Shown here piece after piece: positions 58,009-64,000 of a stretch of 64,000 bases of DNA. Position 1 is the stretch's first letter. Each line of letters begins with the position of its first letter. The notes under the pieces were generated by a model. The model made no database searches, was not told the DNA's origin, and worked only from the letters and a program-made list of their open reading frames with translations. Position numbers and translations under genes: made by a program. The stretch comes from an uncultured Candidatus Saccharibacteria bacterium (lineage in GTDB: Bacteria > Patescibacteriota > Minisyncoccia > Phycocordibacterales > UBA918), in NCBI GenBank assembly GCA_964638425.1, contig CAZWYM010000001.1, positions 74,441 through 138,440 on the forward strand, written 5' to 3'.

Positions 58009-58611
58009 TTAAATAACCCCGAATTCTTGGAATACACGTTCGAATCGAACAAGTGTTTCTTGCGCCATTTTGCGGGTGAGGATGAAGTCGCTTCCAGCGT
58101 GAGCAATTTCATTTCGGACTTTGTGTGCCTCCCATGCGTCTTGAATTGTGGTAAATGAATGTGGATTTGCCATCTTTAGTTTCTCCCCAACGCTCTGCCC
58201 GACATACCCTGCATTGGTAAGCGTCTCATCGAGGAAAATGTCTGCTTCAATGATTCCCACTCGCCATGACTCAGGATTGTTTTCGGTAAGGTGTGCTTTG
58301 ATGAGGCTCCATCTTGAATTCTTTGAACCAACGCGTTCGTGGTGCATCGCCCAGTGATGCTCTGCTTCGTGTAATTGGTGGTGTTCAATCTCATGCAACT
58401 GCCCATAGCGAATTTTTGCATAGATATACCCTACAAAGAAAAGAAGCGATAGGAGTATTGCAATGACTGAATAGATGTTCCACCAGTGTTGGAGTGTCGT
58501 AAGAATAGAATCCCAATCACCCCCAAACAGCTTCTCATACAAAAAGCGAAATATACTCTCGATATCGAGTCCGTATGTTTGGTACAGAATGTCGTTTTCG
58601 TCTGGTGTCAT
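58009..58611 (-). CDS. hypothetical membrane protein with His-rich segment
   Basis: One TM helix; HEIEHHQLHEAEHHWAMHH. Confidence 0.4.
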   Translation of the reverse strand: MTPDENDILYQTYGLDIESIFRFLYEKLFGGDWDSILTTLQHWWNIYSVIAILLSLLFFVGYIYAKIRYGQLHEIEHHQLHEAEHHWAMHHERVGSKNSRWSLIKAHLTENNPESWRVGIIEADIFLDETLTNAGYVGQSVGEKLKMANPHSFTTIQDAWEAHKVRNEIAHAGSDFILTRKMAQETLVRFERVFQEFGVI

Positions 58612-58628
58612 GTGATGACCACTTCTCC

Positions 58629-60068
58629 CTATGCAATCCCCTTCTCTTTATCGTAGATTTTTTTTCCGAAATCAAAGAGTCGTTCATCGCCGGCGTGTGG
58701 TGCTATATATTGTACCCCAATTGGGAGCGCAATTCCTTCTCTCTCTACAGTTCCACTAGGAATAGAAATAGCCGGAACTCCAATGAGGTTTGCGGGAACG
58801 GTAAATATATCAGCGAGGTACATAGATAGAGGATCTTTCTTCTCACCAATTTTAAATGCTGGTGTTGGTGCTGTTGGTGTCATGATGATATCGACATCTT
58901 TAAATACAGCGTTGAGTTCATCACGCATCATTGTACGAACAAGTTCTGCCTTTCCGTAGTACGCATCATAGTATCCAGCAGAAAGTACGTACGTTCCGAG
59001 AATAATTCGTCGCTTTACCTCTTCACCAAATCCTGTTGCGCGGGTCTTCATATAATCTTCGAGGAGTGTGTCGCCCTCTACACGAAGTCCAAAACGCATA
59101 CCATCGTATCGTGCAAGGTTAGAAGATACCTCTGCTGGCATCACAATGTAGTACGCTGCGAGTCCCTGCTTCATGAGCGGAAGTGACACGTCGATAACTT
59201 CGTGCCCTTGCGCGACGAGGTCTGCAACGGTTTTATTAAAAACTTCGAGAACATCCGCATCCATTCCCTCCCCGAGAAAATCACGTGGTATACCAATGCG
59301 ATACTTTTCCTTTGCTGAAACTGGCGGGAATGTATCTTCTTCAATTGTCGTTGCGTCGAATCTATCCTTACCACTCATCACCTCAAAAAGAATTTCTGCA
59401 TCACGTACTGAGTTTGTGAACGTCCCTGCTTGGTCGAGTGATGAACCCATCGCAATGAGACCGTGTCGTGAAATTCTTCCATATGTCGGTTTGAATCCTA
59501 TGTTCCCACAGAAACTTGCGGGAAGGCGTACCGAACCTCCTGTGTCAGTACCGAGCGCTGCGACTGAAGCACCCATAGCGACCGCAGCACCTGACCCACC
59601 TGAAGAACCTCCTGGTACGCGACTCGTGTCGACAGGGTTTTTAGTCATTCCGAATGCAGAATTTTCTGTTGATGAACCCATCGCGAACTCATCAAGGTTT
59701 GTTCCTCCCATAAAGATAACTCCCTGCTCCTTCAATCGAGCGATTACTGTTGCATCATAAGGAGCAACATAGTTTTCAAGCATTTTCGATGCTGCAGTTG
59801 TTCGCTTTCCTTGTATGAGAATATTGTTTTTGTTTGCAATCGGCATTCCGAGGAGCATCGGCGCTGACTCTCCTTCTTTTGCATAGCGCTCAGTTGCCTC
59901 TTTTGCTCCTTCTTCTGCATCATCATACACTTCAAGAAATGCGTGAATGTCGGCATCTTGCGCATCAATAATTGCACGCATATCCTTGTACGCTTGGAGT
60001 GGAGTGTATGATCCCTCTATGAATTTTTTTCGAAGTTCGGTAATTGTCATACTATGATTTTTCGCCAA
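58629..60068 (-). CDS. gatA: Glu-tRNA(Gln)/Asp-tRNA(Asn) amidotransferase subunit A
   Basis: Amidase signature GGSSGGSGAAVA. Start may be MTITEL at 60050. Confidence 0.9.
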   Translation of the reverse strand: MAKNHSMTITELRKKFIEGSYTPLQAYKDMRAIIDAQDADIHAFLEVYDDAEEGAKEATERYAKEGESAPMLLGMPIANKNNILIQGKRTTAASKMLENYVAPYDATVIARLKEQGVIFMGGTNLDEFAMGSSTENSAFGMTKNPVDTSRVPGGSSGGSGAAVAMGASVAALGTDTGGSVRLPASFCGNIGFKPTYGRISRHGLIAMGSSLDQAGTFTNSVRDAEILFEVMSGKDRFDATTIEEDTFPPVSAKEKYRIGIPRDFLGEGMDADVLEVFNKTVADLVAQGHEVIDVSLPLMKQGLAAYYIVMPAEVSSNLARYDGMRFGLRVEGDTLLEDYMKTRATGFGEEVKRRIILGTYVLSAGYYDAYYGKAELVRTMMRDELNAVFKDVDIIMTPTAPTPAFKIGEKKDPLSMYLADIFTVPANLIGVPAISIPSGTVEREGIALPIGVQYIAPHAGDERLFDFGKKIYDKEKGIA

Positions 60069-60345
60069 TGATTTTCTTTACCTTTACGTACTGTCCGTCT
60101 CGTTCTGGAGCAAGGTTGAGGAGATCTTCGGTGTACTTACCTGCTTCATGCGGCTGTCCGTCTTCACGCATCACGTTGTAGAGTGCACCCACGACTTTTT
60201 TCTCCTCACTACTTCCGGTGATTTCTTCAATTTCGCTCACGTACCCGAGAATACTCGTAATATCATGTGCAATATTTTCTGCTTCAGCATCGCCAATTTC
60301 AATACGGGCGAGCTTTGCTAGGTGCGCAACATCTTCTCGTTTCAT
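60052..60345 (-). CDS. gatC: amidotransferase subunit C
   Basis: 95-aa acidic protein directly upstream of gatA; LAKLARIEI...ILGYV pattern. Confidence 0.65.
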   Translation of the reverse strand: MKREDVAHLAKLARIEIGDAEAENIAHDITSILGYVSEIEEITGSSEEKKVVGALYNVMREDGQPHEAGKYTEDLLNLAPERDGQYVKVKKIIGEKS

Positions 60346-60387
60346 AATGAGGGTATAGTAGCACTACGTAACTAAACTCGCCACTTT

Positions 60388-60451
60388 ATATCAAGTTATA
60401 TCAAGTTTTGAACATACATCATAACGTACGGCCGTACGTTATGATGTATGT
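60388..60451. repeat. tandem 10-bp repeat (atatcaagtt x2) followed by a perfect 18-bp-stem palindrome
   Basis: acatacatcataacgtacg gc cgtacgttatgatgtatgt, between the ligA stop and the gatC start. Confidence 0.6.
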
Positions 60452-60500
60452 TCCGTATTATGTTAAAAGATACACGTAGGGTCAAAGAACTCATCACTCG

Positions 60501-62549
<2,049 letters not shown>

Positions 62550-62742
62550 TCAGTTTCAGAGTTGTAACATAACCAATCATTCAAAAAGCAGAAAGCAGGC
62601 GTCGTTTGATCTCCATAGGAGCTTAAAGAATTGAGGAAAGTTCGAGGCGAAACAAGGTTTTTGAATGAGACGTACATAACGTACGTTGAATGAAAAAAGC
62701 GCTGTTTCAACAAAGAAATTTGCCAATTCTTTAGGCTCCTGG

Positions 62743-63309
62743 TTAATAGACTTGGGTGTATTCGCGCTCCACCACCCTCCCCCCTCCCGCAATACTCGCA
62801 CACGTCACATTGTACCCACGTGACTGCACCACAGTACACACAGACCCTGCTGGGCAATCTCCACTTGGACGCATATTAACTCCATTTACGGTTACAGGGA
62901 CAGGATTTGTTGCGTTATAAAATTTATAAATACTCATCTCAGTACATATTTCTGGACTCCCCCAACTAAATCTGAATCGCTGTTCGCTTCCGCTTGTAAC
63001 ATTTCCCGAATTTAAATCTGAAGCAGATGGCTTATCGAAACACGGAATGCTCGTTCGCGCTGTTGTCCCGGTGACAACTTGGTTGAATTTATTATTTACC
63101 TGATCTTGGTATACAGCGCACTCCATACCAGCACTCGCTGCTTGAAAGGCAACTTCAGAAACAACAGCAATCCCAGATAACTGGAATTGCTTCAGAGTGA
63201 CATTGAGAAGTGACGAACTCACTCCCAGAAGGACACCCATAAGGAGGAGTGTGATAAGAAGTGTAATACCATCTTGATTACCATTGATGCGTGTTGGTTT
63301 AATCTTCAT
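62743..63309 (-). CDS. type IV pilin-like/pseudopilin protein
   Basis: N-terminal GITLLITLLLMGVLLG hydrophobic segment directly downstream of a pilin gene. Confidence 0.5.
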   Translation of the reverse strand: MKIKPTRINGNQDGITLLITLLLMGVLLGVSSSLLNVTLKQFQLSGIAVVSEVAFQAASAGMECAVYQDQVNNKFNQVVTGTTARTSIPCFDKPSASDLNSGNVTSGSEQRFRFSWGSPEICTEMSIYKFYNATNPVPVTVNGVNMRPSGDCPAGSVCTVVQSRGYNVTCASIAGGGRVVEREYTQVY

Positions 63310-63880
63310 AGCGTTTGTAATGATTATATACCCATGACTGCAACTTGATGCTTCGTGCATTCCCAGAAGCTCCGAAAATCTTTGCATCCCACGTCACTTC
63401 AACCGTAACGGGTACCCACTCGTTGGTCGATGGTCCAACAAATACCTTTCGAGTAAAGAGCGAATCTACTCCCCCGGCTTGATAATTGTAAGCTCCCGTT
63501 GCACTTACTCTTAACTTACATGCATTGTTACTCCCACATGTTTCAAAGGCTTTACTGACGACGTCAAATGCGCACCCGTTTGTATTTTTACAATCACTGA
63601 CCAAATTACCGTACCAATTCCATGTATTCCCTCCTGGATCGGTATCATACGCATCGAGCGCATCACTATCGCGCAATTCCCGAACTGCCTCAATTGCTTC
63701 TTGCGCAAGAAATACTGCAGTTACTTGCTCGTTTGCAAAGTATGCGTTTTGGATCCCCTTCTGAGCAACCGTCATCGGGCCAATAATCACGAGGAGGAGT
63801 ACTGTAATAGCAACGAGGGTCTCAACAAGGGTAAATCCTGAGTGATGTGTGTTACGTGTTTTTATTGAAGTTGTGTACAT
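63299..63880 (-). CDS. type IV pilin (class III signal peptide)
   Basis: Prepilin motif SG/FTLVETLVAITVLLLVI. Confidence 0.7.
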   Translation of the reverse strand: MYTTSIKTRNTHHSGFTLVETLVAITVLLLVIIGPMTVAQKGIQNAYFANEQVTAVFLAQEAIEAVRELRDSDALDAYDTDPGGNTWNWYGNLVSDCKNTNGCAFDVVSKAFETCGSNNACKLRVSATGAYNYQAGGVDSLFTRKVFVGPSTNEWVPVTVEVTWDAKIFGASGNARSIKLQSWVYNHYKRYED

Positions 63881-64000
63881 ATGTGTTATATAACATCGAG
63901 ACGACGTCCCACCATGTGCGTTTGAATATTGAAGTCAGTATTGGTATCCAAGCCGTTATTGACATGTCCTTTGACGGACAAGTCAGCGGTTGGTTGATTT

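Noticed and set aside
60388-60407. Tandem atatcaagtt repeat as CRISPR-like
   Set aside because: Only two units, 10 bp, no spacers; not CRISPR. No CRISPR array anywhere in the window.

Overview
This 64-kb window is bacterial chromosome. Its gene content (many DUF proteins, gatCA, NAD-dependent ligase, type IV pilins) suggests a small-genome, possibly Patescibacteria-like organism; that is a low-confidence inference. Most genes are on the minus strand.

Three blocks can be seen.

(1) Positions 1-5.9 kb are housekeeping and envelope genes: a SOUL heme-binding protein, a GH3 glycosidase and several small DUF proteins.

(2) Positions 5.9-31.8 kb look like an accessory/defence island. It holds:
- a Fic gene cassette flanked by ~53-bp direct repeats;
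- a complete type I restriction-modification (RM) operon (HTH-hsdM-hsdS-hsdR), immediately followed by a KAP-family P-loop NTPase and a 5-TM membrane protein;
- a tight six-gene minus-strand operon: lexA, DUF2188, a TIR-like DUF1863 protein, a caspase-like C14 protease, a Cys-cluster protein and a paralogous 5-TM membrane protein. This operon is the best candidate here for an undescribed defence or abortive-infection system;
- a divergently arranged phage-like module (ParB-DNA methyltransferase, terminase small and large subunits, SNase-type nuclease, large serine recombinase) with no structural genes.

(3) Positions 31.9-64 kb are core functions: a PAP2 phosphatase and a P1B-type metal ATPase; a long envelope/redox operon with three SPFH (HflK/C-like) paralogues, one of them fused to a cation-diffusion-facilitator (CDF)-type membrane domain, plus M23, SurA-like, two DsbA-like proteins, a cysteine desulfurase and DUF305; and prsW, pyrG, ftsEX, prfB, gatCA, ligA and two pilins. 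Five tRNA genes lie in this block.

A ~190-bp structured repeat family (two copies, X and Y) also flanks tRNA-Met and a sugar nucleotidyltransferase gene. Three of the tRNA genes are followed 110-160 bp downstream by partial copies of their own 3' ends (att-like footprints). No rRNA and no CRISPR array were seen. All family assignments come from motifs read by eye, not from searches. Hand-counted coordinates may be off by 1-2 nt.
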